Made by a program: the position numbers and the translations under genes. Below the pieces are notes generated by a model. It had not been told where the DNA came from. It worked only from the letters and a program-made list of their open reading frames with translations, and ran no database searches. Shown here in pieces: positions 1 through 17,090 of a DNA stretch of 64,000 bases. The DNA comes from Klebsormidium nitens (taxonomy: Eukaryota; Plantae; Klebsormidiophyceae), in the NCBI GenBank assembly GCA_000708835.1, contig DF236983.1, forward strand, positions 131,786 to 195,785. Reading direction: 5' to 3'. How positions within the stretch are numbered: the first letter of the stretch is position 1; every line of letters starts with the position of its first letter.

Positions 1-380
1 GCGCGCGGTAATTTATCCAACTGTCCAGCTATGAGTACCTATTCAACACCGTGACTGCCTGCACCCTGTCCCCAGTTTACAATGTTTTCAGGTCACCCAA
101 GGTTCCTTATCCAGTATACAACCTTTGGTCCGTTTGCGAGCTGGGCGGCTTGCACATGCTTGCAAATCGTCATGTGCTTCTTCGTCTACGCGTTCGATTA
201 TCACGCCCATAAGGACCTTCTAGCCAACGCATGCGCGACTGCGATGTATTGCCTGGTCAGAATGCTCTTGACATGTCGTGGACATGGTAAGGAGCCGTGT
301 CCAAATGCGAAGCCTTATCCAACCCGACCCTAGTCTATTAAGCAGAAATTGACCCCACACGTCTCCGTTTGCAGAAGCTC

Positions 381-3300
381 TTACGTCGCAGCGTCGAAGT
401 AATGCAACACGACGTAACTGATGAACAGCGCGAGCCACCCCCCCAACACAACGCGAACGGCCGCCCGCCCCCAGGGCGCACCCCCGAGCTGGGCCGACAA
501 GATCCCAAACGCACCCAGCGCCCCCGTACAAGTGGCAGTCAGGACCGCCAGCCGGGTGACGTAATCGCGGATGAAAGCGGCGGACAGGATCGCTATGAGC
601 GCGCCGACGGAGAAGGAAAGCGCCGAACTGATGGCGGCCAGCCAGGGGCTGGTTAGGTCGTCCATGTCAATACCGATTTCGACCCTGGCGTACGACTTGA
701 CCGGGTCTTGCTTGTATAGATGTTCCGCGACCTGGGAAAGGAGGAGGAGGCGACACTGAGGATCTTTCTGGAGGCACGACCAGCAATTGAGAAGGCTCGT
801 GAGGGTTAATCTAGATAGGCTGAGGTAACAGGGCGCGTTTCGCAGAACTTAACGAGTCATGGTGTACAGGTGCTCTGCGACGTGGACGCGGGGAGAGACC
901 GAGAGAGCCAGGCAGGTTGGAAGCGAGAGTGGGGTTTTAGATAGCAAGTGAGACGCTCGAACTCGTTCTTCTTTGATGAATCTGATTGGTGGGAATATGG
1001 AAGCAGCACTGGGCGGAACGCAGAAACAACGGTGGTGTAAGGAGAAACGCCGAGCACGACAACGATGAACAAGGCCGGAGTCCGGCTGCAGCTCTCAACA
1101 GGAGCCGTCCGGTTCGCCTAAACCTCTGTCGAGGCCTGCTCGTTGCCACAATCTCCTTACGCAGATTGGAGCGTTTCAAGAGCAGGCCTGCTTCTTGGAA
1201 AGCGTTCGGGTGAAAATTGCTCCTCCAAAAAGCGGCCCTGTCGAGTGCGAAATCTTCGCTTCAGAGACTTCGTCTCCACCACCTGAAAACCTGTAAGCCC
1301 TGAACTCTGCACCTCCTCACCTGGATACAAGACTCTGACGCGAGCCTCGCTTCTCCACAAATTGACGTGAGCATCTTCATAGCCCGCAAACAACGTTGCC
1401 AGACGTTACAAAAGCAACCTCCCCATGTTTACCTCAACTTCTCTCTACTCCGAACTCGCAAGCAACAATCCGCAACTGACCAAAACGTCGGATTGTGTGC
1501 TCACCTGAAGAGCAAGGACGCGCACAGCAAAAGCATGAGTAGTCTGATTGCTCGATTCGGCAGCCACGAAAAAGCATAAGCCCGCTCTCCAGTTTCGTAC
1601 AGCTTATCAGGCCTAAACACTCCGAGTTCCAGATCCTAAATAAAATATGGTCGAACACAGAGGTGAACACCCAGATCATCAGCTCACCTGCTTTGCGAGG
1701 TTCGGGGGCAGGCCCTGTTCCTCGAAATTTTCCATCAGTTCCCGCAGCTGCGCGGCCTCCGCCGCAGGCCCTTGCGCGCGCCCGTCTGCCGTTCGCTGAA
1801 TGTCGGCTTCTTCTGCATCTCGCTGGGAGGAAACAGAGACGTACTCCCCCGCCGCCATGCCTGCGCGCATCGTAGATAACCTGGTCAACAGTTGCTCAAC
1901 ACAATGAAACCGTCGAAGTCAAGAATCGCGAACCACTTCGGACCTAGGCTCCGTTGACCTTTCCCTAATTTGTCCTTCCAGGAGCTTGAGGCAGGTTTGT
2001 GGAGGTAAGCTTCCACGAAAAAAGGCCACCATGTTTATCACCATCTTTGGTTTTCTATTGCCATGGCCCCTGCAAGCAAAGGGGTTAATCACAAAGTCGA
2101 TAAAATGGTTGAACCATTCGAGCAATCAGCGTCAAGTCAGTTCGTTACCAGCCGACATTGAAAACGAACTCCAAAATCCTCAACCCAACCCTTTGAAAGC
2201 TTACAAGTACTTGAATTGCTCACGTTTCTTCAAGCCTCACGTCTCCTGAATGCTAAGGCTACATGTACAAAGAGGCAGAATTTGGAATATGACTGGCTTA
2301 GGTCTGGGAAGACCTTCGAGTCATCCGCAAAGACCTTGATTCTGTCCTCCATCTCAGAATAGAGTAGGAAAAGGAGAGGAATAACCAAACCCACATCAAA
2401 TGAGGACGGCGTAGGGGCGACCAGTCCCCAGATGTCATATTGGTAACATGAAGCATGGGTTTCTGGTGGATTGTTGCCAAAAATTGGTAATGTCGTATTT
2501 GCCCCAACAGATTGGCCCTGCTTCGAGGTGACATTGAGGACATTGCGCAGAGGCCCTCTTTGAAAAAGGACAAAAGAAAAACCCTTTTAGCAATAAAGCT
2601 GGACACATATTTCACACTAGGTATTATCCCCAGCATTCTTTCACTGCTGCTCCCCCCAACTTCGAACTAGGAGATAAGCAGCAATTCATAACTCACTGAG
2701 TGCTCCTGAGACTAGTCCCGCAACTCCGCTGATGATCATCTTCCTTGGGTCTGCATCAGTAGCACTCACACCCATCTGCAAATAAAATGAAACTGGTCTT
2801 AGTGGACATCAGAAAGACGTGACGCACTTGAATAGGCGCCAGAAATGGAAGGGTCTGAAGAGCACTCAACCTCTTCAGGCTAATTCACACCCATGGGCAA
2901 TCAGGCGGTCAGCCTGAAGTATGTTGGCACTTTGTGTCGATAGCCATATAGATACCGAGTCTGATGCAAGGTTCATAAAAGGTTCCTCTCCTTTAAATGC
3001 TAGATCACATGACTGTGCTGCTGTCACCTTTTTGCAGAATGAGAATGAGGCGCCGTTATGCAGAGGCCACAGATAAAAGCTCCCAACATCTTCCCGAATT
3101 GGAGCATCTGATGCATTGAAGTGAGTACTTGCCAGTGGCGTCAGAAAGAAGAGTGACACAAGACTCAGCGAAATCTATTAAACCCTATTATCAATCTCTG
3201 AGATCCAAGTAAAAATGCTCGAAACCATGGTAGCTGAATGTGGGTATTGGAACTTTCTGCTGACCATTTCTCTCACTCATTACATTATTGAAATGTTCAA

Positions 3301-3765
3301 GTGCCTTGATGTGGCCAGATTCCAACTCTGTTGACTGAAATAATGGCCCAGTTTCCAGCTGAGCGATGTGCATGCATGCAGACGTGACCACCACATGCTC
3401 ATTAGATCCCTTTCAAACATTCACCGCTTGTTTTTGTACAACACGGCCCTCAGCATTTGACCTTCTCACAGCATAGTCCACGTTGTAAATGAATGGCCTT
3501 TTGTCAAACCTACCATGATGCCTGCCGTGCTGATAAGGCCGTCATTCGCCCCCAGGACCGCTGCCCTCAACCACTGACTCCTCTGCGAGTAATGCTCCTG
3601 ATCGACCAAAGGTTGCTCCAGCTGAGACTCTTCGTCATGAGAGGGGAGGCTGCCTCCAGGGGGTTGGCTCTGCTTGCGCTTCAGAGCTGGCAGGGACCCC
3701 TGCTTGCTCAAACTCCTTTGCTTGCTCAAGGAGCGGTCCAGACGCCGGCCTGTCGGCTGCGACAT
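381..3765 (-). CDS. VIT1/CCC1-family vacuolar iron/manganese transporter, 4 exons (3765-3514, 2775-2697, 1860-1688, 731-381), ~284 aa
   Basis: Spliced product contains HYSQRSQWLRAAVLGANDGL, GVAGLVSGALSMAAGEYVSVSSQRD, EIGIDMDDLTSPWLAAISSALSFSVGA and RVVLGGWLAL, all VIT1/CCC1 motifs. GT-AG borders keep the frame (252+79+173+351 nt). Confidence 0.92.
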
Positions 3766-5945
3766 GGCTCCTGATTGTAGCGTGGATACAATGCAGCCCC
3801 ACCTGCAGTGCGAGGCAGCAAAAAATCGCGCTGAAACCTAGGACTCGGAGTAGGGGGGCACCTTTCTCCTTCTAGCGTGATGGGGCAGCCAGGAGCTCAG
3901 TTCAATTTTCCAAGTCCAGCTTGCGGCCATGGTCACCTGGAGCTTGGAGACACCTGCGTGTGACAAGTGTCGTTCTCAAGACTGCTTTCGAGTGCCCTCC
4001 AGGCCAATCAGACGTGAGTCGAGTTTGACTGCGAAAACCGCGAACTGATGAGCAAAAGCACTCCTTTTCAAAATGTACCCATCCCTTGCCTGCCGTCACA
4101 GACGGTCCTCGGATTGGTCGTTCACAACTTACAAGCCTGGAGACTGGACTCGTGAGTGAGTCGTGACTCTGAGACTGGAGTCTGGACTCTGGTCGCCAAA
4201 CCGAATTCGCAATAGGTACCGGTACAATTCCGAGTCATCACATCATGATTTGCTTGAAAAGATGGGTACAATTTTATTTCTGTAAGATATTGGCGCGCGA
4301 TTGAACGGCGACGAGCCACCCCAGCCTCGCTTTCTGACAGCAGTCTGACAGCACTTTTAATGCGGAAGTTGCTCACTCACGTGCGTTCCGAGAATTTCAT
4401 CATACTCATGAAAGCCCACACAAATTGGCCCCATAGGTAATAAGATATTTACCCTGAAAATGGTTCCCGGTTGGTTCACCCGGGAATGGATACAGCATTC
4501 TGAGGCGCAAAACAAGCGGCCCGTATTTTCAAGAGTTTCTCCGGGCAAGCTCTTTGTCCACGAGCGCACCGAGATATCACAATCAGATACGATTTGTCTC
4601 TGACACATGTTCAGAAGGCGGGTGACATGTTGCCACCTCCGGGTATTGATGTGCAAACCAGGTACCGAGCAGCCGGCCGGGGAACCCACTCGCCCAAGTT
4701 CTATAGGATACTGGTCATGCAATCTATTTTCTCAGCATACCGGTACCGTCCTTCACCCGGTGCTTTGGCTTTGAACCGCAAGGATTGAAGTTCGTATTGA
4801 ACGGTATCACAAGTACCCGGTCGGGAGTGACCCGGGGGCGGGCTGAGCCGGGTCAGCCGGCCCGTTAAGTCGAATCTCCGTTTTTCCCGGAGCCTGTACA
4901 CGTGGTTCACGATCATTCTTGCATTGTGTCGGTTTCCTCCCCCATGTTGGGGGTGAGCTCAGAACACTTTCTTCGGGGCTACACAATGATCGCGAGATGT
5001 ACAAAGGGCGACACAATCGGAAGGTCAAGATGATACTGAGAGGAAAATGCGTCGTCGTTTTAGAGCTCAGGGGTTGGAACCGGGGGAAGTTGGCATCTGC
5101 AAATCTAGCAGATTCGACGCCAGACATTACGTCAGCAGCTTCCCCGCCATTCAAGATCTGCCACGGTCGACTTGCGATATGGAGCACTCTCAGGCCGGAG
5201 GTGTACACTGCACGCAGTGTGCTGGCACTGGGCAATGAAGGACAAGTTCTAAGGGCGATTTATCAATCGCGAAAAATGGCAATGCAGTCGCGAATGCCTG
5301 ATTGTTGGTATTTGTTCGATCTAGTTCATGGCTTGTACGCGCGTCTTATGGCTACAGTCTGAGGCTACAGATGTACTACCCATCCGGCCCGATCCGACTC
5401 GCGCGCGCAAAATCACCGATCGTACGCGGCGGTCGAGCGGCTGCCCGTGGTGGCTCAACCGGGCACTATTTTGATGCGCGGAAGCTGTACTGTTAGTGGC
5501 CGGGGCCGGCGAGAGTTTGAACAACTTTGAGAACCTGAATCTCAACTCGGATTCGTCCAAACTTTGAAATTGTGACACTATCGAGTCATATATGAACTCT
5601 CCGCAACAACTCTCGCTGATTTCGGCAACGGTCTGTGGAGGCGGAAACGGGAGAGGACGTACAGGTGTAATACAAGGCAATGCCACGCCTGACGGCGTTT
5701 GATGGCATTGCCAAAAAGGCATGACTCATGAGTCATGAGCCCACATGACGTAGGACTGGAAATGGAAGGCTCGTCTTTTGGCAGAAAGCAGTGGGTATCG
5801 CGTCAGCATTGCAAGCAAGATTGGGAAGAAGCTTTGTATCTCGGTTCGGGGGACCCCACAAGTGGCAGCAAGGCCGGTCGAGCTAGGGCCGATCCTAGGA
5901 CTTTCTCCAATTAGGTTGAGGCCAGCTTAGAGTAGGTAGCACATA

Positions 5946-7286
5946 ATGGAGGACCCGTGTTCCTTCGACCTGCTCCCAGATGCGGTTGTGCTGGACATTC
6001 TGAGCCGCTTTGCGCGCGCCTCTCTGCAAGATCAGGGGGCCAAGGCGCACATCCTCAAATGGGACGCCTGTGAACAGCTCATCCGGTTGCAGCTGGTTTG
6101 CCGACGGTGGCAGGGCCTCCTCTTTCTCCTTCCTGAGCTTGGATGGAGGCTCAAAGGCCCTGCAGACGAGCGGGGCCTTGTAAAGTTCCTGGCGCGCTCG
6201 CCAGGCTTCCTGCGCAGGCTGCGCCTGTCGCTGAGCACCCGGTACAAGGCCTCCCCCGAGTTGCAGGCCCGGTTGGCTGGTGTGTGCGGCAGCTTGAGAG
6301 AACTAGAGATGGTTCAATTGAGGGATCCAGAGGCGGGCCCGGAACAATGCCTGCTGGAGCCGCACTTTGACTATGTGGCGTTGCTCAATTCGCTGTCACC
6401 GGGGGGCGCTTTGCAAACCATCAGCTTCACTAGCCACGTCAGCCTCGCTTCAAGGCAGACGCTCCTGCCGCTCCCTTCCATTCTACACCTGAACTTAACC
6501 TCAGCATTCATCTCCGACAATACACTGCAAACCATCACAGACTGCTGTCCAAACCTGCGGACGCTGCACCTGGATTATGTCCGGGGGCTGCAGGACACTC
6601 TGATTCAGAGCCCCCCCCTGCAGAGCCTTAAGATTAGCACCGGGCCGTTCCCTGAGAGCCTGAGCATCGACGCAACGAGCCTCACATCTATGGACTTGTC
6701 AGTTGGAGAGATGCTGTCAATCGCAGCACCGAACCTGCGGACGCTGACTATCGGATCGGGGCTGCCGGAACTGGAGGTGCGGCAGCAGTGGAATGTGTCG
6801 ACGTTGCAATTGAGAGGGTACTACTGGATTTGGGACTACATTGAGACGCTGCTCAGGGTGTGCCCGAATCTAACGAGCTTAGACATCGACGTGAAGAATC
6901 AATTAAGCCCGGGGGTAAGTGTGCCAATCCGGACGTTTCTTTGGGAGCTATGTCCAAACGTAAGGGAGGTGAAGCTGGCCCTGGGCGTCCTGGAGATCTT
7001 GGAGTGTAGCGAGGACGATGTGGCGGGGGTTTCGGGCGAGCGGTTGCCGATGCGGACGGGTTTGTTTGAGGTAGACGGTGTGACAACAACTACGCTGAGG
7101 CAGATTGAGTTTTTCCTAAGGAGTGCGTCGTTTGAGGCGCTGCAATTGGTAGTGTTAGGGTCGAGCAGACCGGCATTGAACAAGGCTTCAGGCGCGCTTG
7201 CGGCGCTTCTAGAGTTGGAAGAGAGTTGGGCAGTTTTGGAAGTAACATTTGTGCCTGCTTGCCCTGGCTGGACACAATGGAGGTAA
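5946..7286 (+). CDS. Intronless F-box/LRR-repeat protein, 446 aa
   Basis: N-terminal F-box-like FDLLPDAVVLDILSRF...LVCRRW, followed by LRR-like units (PNLRTLHLD, PPLQSLKIS, PNLRTLTIG, PNLTSLDID). Confidence 0.85.
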   Translation: MEDPCSFDLLPDAVVLDILSRFARASLQDQGAKAHILKWDACEQLIRLQLVCRRWQGLLFLLPELGWRLKGPADERGLVKFLARSPGFLRRLRLSLSTRYKASPELQARLAGVCGSLRELEMVQLRDPEAGPEQCLLEPHFDYVALLNSLSPGGALQTISFTSHVSLASRQTLLPLPSILHLNLTSAFISDNTLQTITDCCPNLRTLHLDYVRGLQDTLIQSPPLQSLKISTGPFPESLSIDATSLTSMDLSVGEMLSIAAPNLRTLTIGSGLPELEVRQQWNVSTLQLRGYYWIWDYIETLLRVCPNLTSLDIDVKNQLSPGVSVPIRTFLWELCPNVREVKLALGVLEILECSEDDVAGVSGERLPMRTGLFEVDGVTTTTLRQIEFFLRSASFEALQLVVLGSSRPALNKASGALAALLELEESWAVLEVTFVPACPGWTQWR

Positions 7287-8469
7287 GAACGAACTGACCC
7301 AAAGACTTTTGTAGATATACGGTAGCCTGAATAAATCCTGGCTTCACATTAGGTGCATTACATAAGTTTCGGGCATGATCAAAGGCCACACTACTTCCAT
7401 TTGATAAATGAAGTCAACAATCATTCAGGGCAAGAAGCAAGAAGTGACATAACATCAGTATCGCACGAAGCTCAGAGTCATGGAGCGTCATCCTTGCATT
7501 GAGTTGGCCTGACGACCGTATGAAAACAGCGTTACAGTGACGGCTGCGGCCCCCCTTAAAAAGTTCGAGGTCACACTCAAACTGGCTGCTAATCATGGCC
7601 GTTTTTCGGGCCCATAGGCCTGAACAAATGCGATTATGCATGCAGGATCTTTTTGACGATGTTGAACACAAGTCGTGTTGTTTGACTAATCCCAACTACT
7701 ATAAGAAGCAGCCACAATCAATGACAGGGCATTTCTGATACAACTCGCCGATTTGTCACGCGTGGCATGACGGCCACTGTAGCTGATTGGCGAAGGGCCC
7801 GACGGCTGCGCTGCCTAGGCATATCAGGCACATGGTCCGATCTCATGCAGATAGCGCTGTAGATCTCGATATATTTGCTTTTACACATGTACTTGACAGC
7901 TACATGCACATACTTCACATCCGCTCATTTGTAAGACAGATTGCCAAATGTTTGAGCTTTCTAGCACTACCAGCCACCCAGATTTGATGGTCACGATCAA
8001 CTCGAATGCTCTGTCAGCATCACGCTACGACCACCTTGATTCAGTGCATATATAGTCTGGCTAGATTAGCCGTCGCACCACGCACAGTAGCGTATGGCTT
8101 GCAAGCCACGATGGGTGAAAGGAGGCGGGTATAGCAAAGTGCAAGCAGGAAGAAGCAAGCGATAATTGGGGCTTGATCTGGCTTATTGTCTATCGCCACC
8201 GGCAACATACTTGCACATTCCAGGTTGACTCGGTATGAAAACTTCTTTACCTGCAATGCCTTAACTATATCGTAGGTGACCCTGTTCCATTTTCATGCTG
8301 TTAGATCGTCCGCGGACGCTCTATGATCGTAGAACTATCTATGCTTTCTATTGCCTGAAACCGACTGCAATGCAGCTGCCGAGCCTTCCTGACCTTAAAT
8401 CCCTGATCAACACGTACGTCCCTCCTGACAAAATCGTTCGAACTTCTCGAATACTGCTCGAAAAGACCT

Positions 8470-13866
<5,397 letters not shown>

Positions 13867-14664
13867 GATTTCACCGGTGATAGTTCGTGCAGCTGATCGG
13901 CGAGGCCAGAGCTTGAAGGAAAAGTAGGTGGAAGAAGTGCTCGTGTGCTGAAATTACCGCTCCTAGATTGCGTCCTTCACACCTCACCAATTTGCTGAAG
14001 ACGTTTCTGGATGTCGCTTTCAGTCAGTGGCACTCACTCTCAATGCTGCACAGCCAGTTGCAGCTGCTGAAGAGAAATTTCAATTGGTGAAGTGCAGAGG
14101 ATCTTGTTTCCTGACGACGTATACGGGGCCGTGTCGCTGCGCGTATACGGGTCAACTTTCAACCCTTTCTCCCGCAGAATCTTGGTTCTATAATATCGAA
14201 TATACTCGCGTAGACTGAGCTTATGGGCACCAAATCCTGCAGATTGAAGGTGGGGGTAGTGCGCATGTTCATTAGTCGCGGTAATGGTGTCCGTCGAAGC
14301 CGGTACATGCGCGCTGGATGGGAATAATGTTCGACGTGGAATTGCGAGAGCTCTTCTTTTCTGTGACTCTTCCCGGTGTGACGTACCTACCTACTCAGGT
14401 CACGAAACATGCTGGGGCAGCCGGACCAACCTGACGCCATTTATGATTTTTCCAGTTGCCAATCGATGTCGGCAAAAGCGCCTGGGAAAAGACGCCATTG
14501 CTGCAAAACTGGTCAACAAGACTAGCATGACCACGACCACAAGGACTGCATCAGCACTCGGCCGAATGCGTTCCCTCATGCTGCTCCGAAGCAGTCATTC
14601 TTAGCACCGCCTCTAAGATGTCATTCGCCGATAATAGATCTTTGTGATTTTCTTCTTGGACAAC

Positions 14665-16355
14665 ATGCAACCGACAGCGGCTGACAAGGTCAGCAGACCT
14701 GATGCAGATGACGAGAGTGCTCCATCCTCGTCAGGCACCAGTTCTCCCAAGTCTTACCTCCTGGTTCACAATGTCTCAAAAAAGCACAATATTGGCACTC
14801 TGTCAAGGAGCTGCACCGCTTTTGGAGTAACGCAAGTCTGCATTGTGGGGCAGAACGCGTACAACACGTTCGGAAGTCATGGGGCTGCTGAGTATGTTGA
14901 CATTCGGCACTTTTGGAAGTTGGAGGATGCAGCAAAGTATCTCAAGGTGAGTGATGGTCTCAAAAGAAGGGTGGTGTAATTTCTGCTAAAGAAGAAGTAC
15001 TTTTCCTGCCATAAGCGCCAGTTGGCGCTGCCATGACCTCTATTGATTGTCAAAGCATTGCCTCGTCAATGCTTCCCTGGTTTTATCTTGATTATATTTT
15101 TTGGTCCTGCACCAAGCGCCGCCCTCAGAACCCTAATTTGCAACTTCATAATTTTGCCATATGTCCCTCTGAACGACCACCACCTCTTTATCATACTTGT
15201 ATCTTGAGCTGTTGCATTGCAAGCGTTGACTTGAAACTCCTACGCAGGAAGATTGTCAGTGTGACATAGTTGGAGTTGAGATCGTGGAGGGAGCCCTCGC
15301 TGTGCACAAGCGCCCTTTCAAGAGGAATACTGCTTTCATTCTTGGCAACGAGGTAAGGCCCCACTGATAAATATTGGTGGCATTGGTAGCATCAGTCTTT
15401 TGGGCGGCCTGTGGTACACCAGTGTGTGCTCTGATTGTGCCTGTGCTTTTTGGTTTCAAACTCTCTTTAGCGACCTCCACTGTTGCCTGCAAAGATGACG
15501 GATGGAATGCAATTGACGGAGTGCAGGCCCTCAAAGCCTTTCTGGGGCTTACCTCTCACAATACCTGTCAAGCAGCCAGAAGCGTTTCACAACTACCAGC
15601 CCCACACATATGCAAAAGGCAATCATGGTGGTTCACGTAATCAGGGTACGGTTATTGGAAGGTGTTGTCTTTTCTCTAACAAACATGTTGCGTTTGCAGG
15701 GCACAGGCCTCTCACAGAAGCAGATCGAGATCTGCGATTATTTTGTGTATATATCTCAGTACGGGCCTGGTACTGCTAGCTTGAATGTGACGGTAGCTGC
15801 CTCCATAGTCCTCCACGCATTTGCTGGTGAGCCATCTGATACCCCTTCAAGGCTTAAAGTGCCTTTGGACCATCTGCCCCGATTCTAGTCTTGAAATATA
15901 GCAGTGATATTTATTTCTTGCAAGCAACTTATGCTTGTGGAGGACGAGGCTTGGCTGACACTATTTGACCTTGTCTTACACATCGAGTTTCAATCTGCGA
16001 GTCTCATAACCTTGGCTACGCAATTCATATTGCTCATTTTCTTGTCGATCCTGCCTCGTTTGATTGAGGTGTTTCCTAACATCGACGACGCATAGCTGCT
16101 TTCGATCCCTCCTATTCCTGAATCCTTCATCTGGTAAATGCAGTCTGGGCTGGGATGCCCGAAAGAGGCCGGGAAGGGCAGAAGTTCGTGGTGGCAGAGA
16201 GACCGGTTCGGCAGACGACTAGACGAGTGTGTCAAGATTCGCCTGAGGATGTGGCGGCAGCTAGGAAAGAGAGACAGGCAGCCAGCCTGCAGGATCATAG
16301 TGACGATTTAGGACTGGGGAGCATTGACCTCGAAGATTCTGCAAGTAATGAGTAA
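14665..16355 (+). CDS. SpoU/TrmH-family tRNA/rRNA 2'-O-methyltransferase, 4 exons (14665-14946, 15248-15352, 15700-15826, 16144-16355)
   Basis: SPOUT motifs VHNVSKKHNIGTLSRSCTAFG, AFILGNEGTGLS and YISQYGPGTASLNVTVAASI. Exon phases are consistent. Confidence 0.92.
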
Positions 16356-17090
16356 GTTGCTGGCAGGATAACGTCAGCGCGTTCATATAAGCAGGTAGCT
16401 TAGGAGGATAGCTTAAACGGTGCAGATGCCGGTGAAGAGGCCACTACAATGAATTAGATATTTCTGATCAGGTACACGTACATCTCAGCCCCGGCGCGGC
16501 ACGCCAGTGCAGATCGCTGAGACGTTTGATCTTTTCTGAAAACAGATGGCCCCGCCAGGCAGCTCCAGCTGGGCCGGCGTGCTGCTGGTCTACACCTGTA
16601 GGCCCTTGCTTGCAAGATTGTCCTTGTCATTCATGACTCGTATCATGAGGATACGCCGCATTATAGTATGCTTGATCGAAACGTACATAATTAGTCCATA
16701 TATGACCTCTGAGCGCATGTCAGGCGTGGCCCATGTGTGGCGCATGCAATAGACTTCATCCGATCTGTGCAGCTGTCTGGCTCAGAGCAGGTTTGGAAAT
16801 GCAATTCGAGATGCATGCCGCCCATGTGGAGTTGCTCCTGCCTTGAACGGAAGGCAACTTTAGTATGGGCAATAAGAACTCTTTGTAATTGTAAGGTCTA
16901 GGTACATCTACTTCCTTTCGAGCTAGTAGACTTCAAAAAAATCTACTACAATCGAAGCATCAGTCTCTCTCAAGAGCGTATCGTTACATTGGCGGCCCAA
17001 GATCCGTTGCATTAAGCATGCCCAACAATTGACTTGTCAATGTCATCTGCATAATATCTCTCTCTTTCTACAGTGACAACAATGTACAGA

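Noticed and set aside
5047-5238. Short ORF ending in CTQCAGTG (DnaJ-type CxxCxGxG)
   Set aside because: Single motif directly followed by a stop, no partner repeats and no supporting splice structure.
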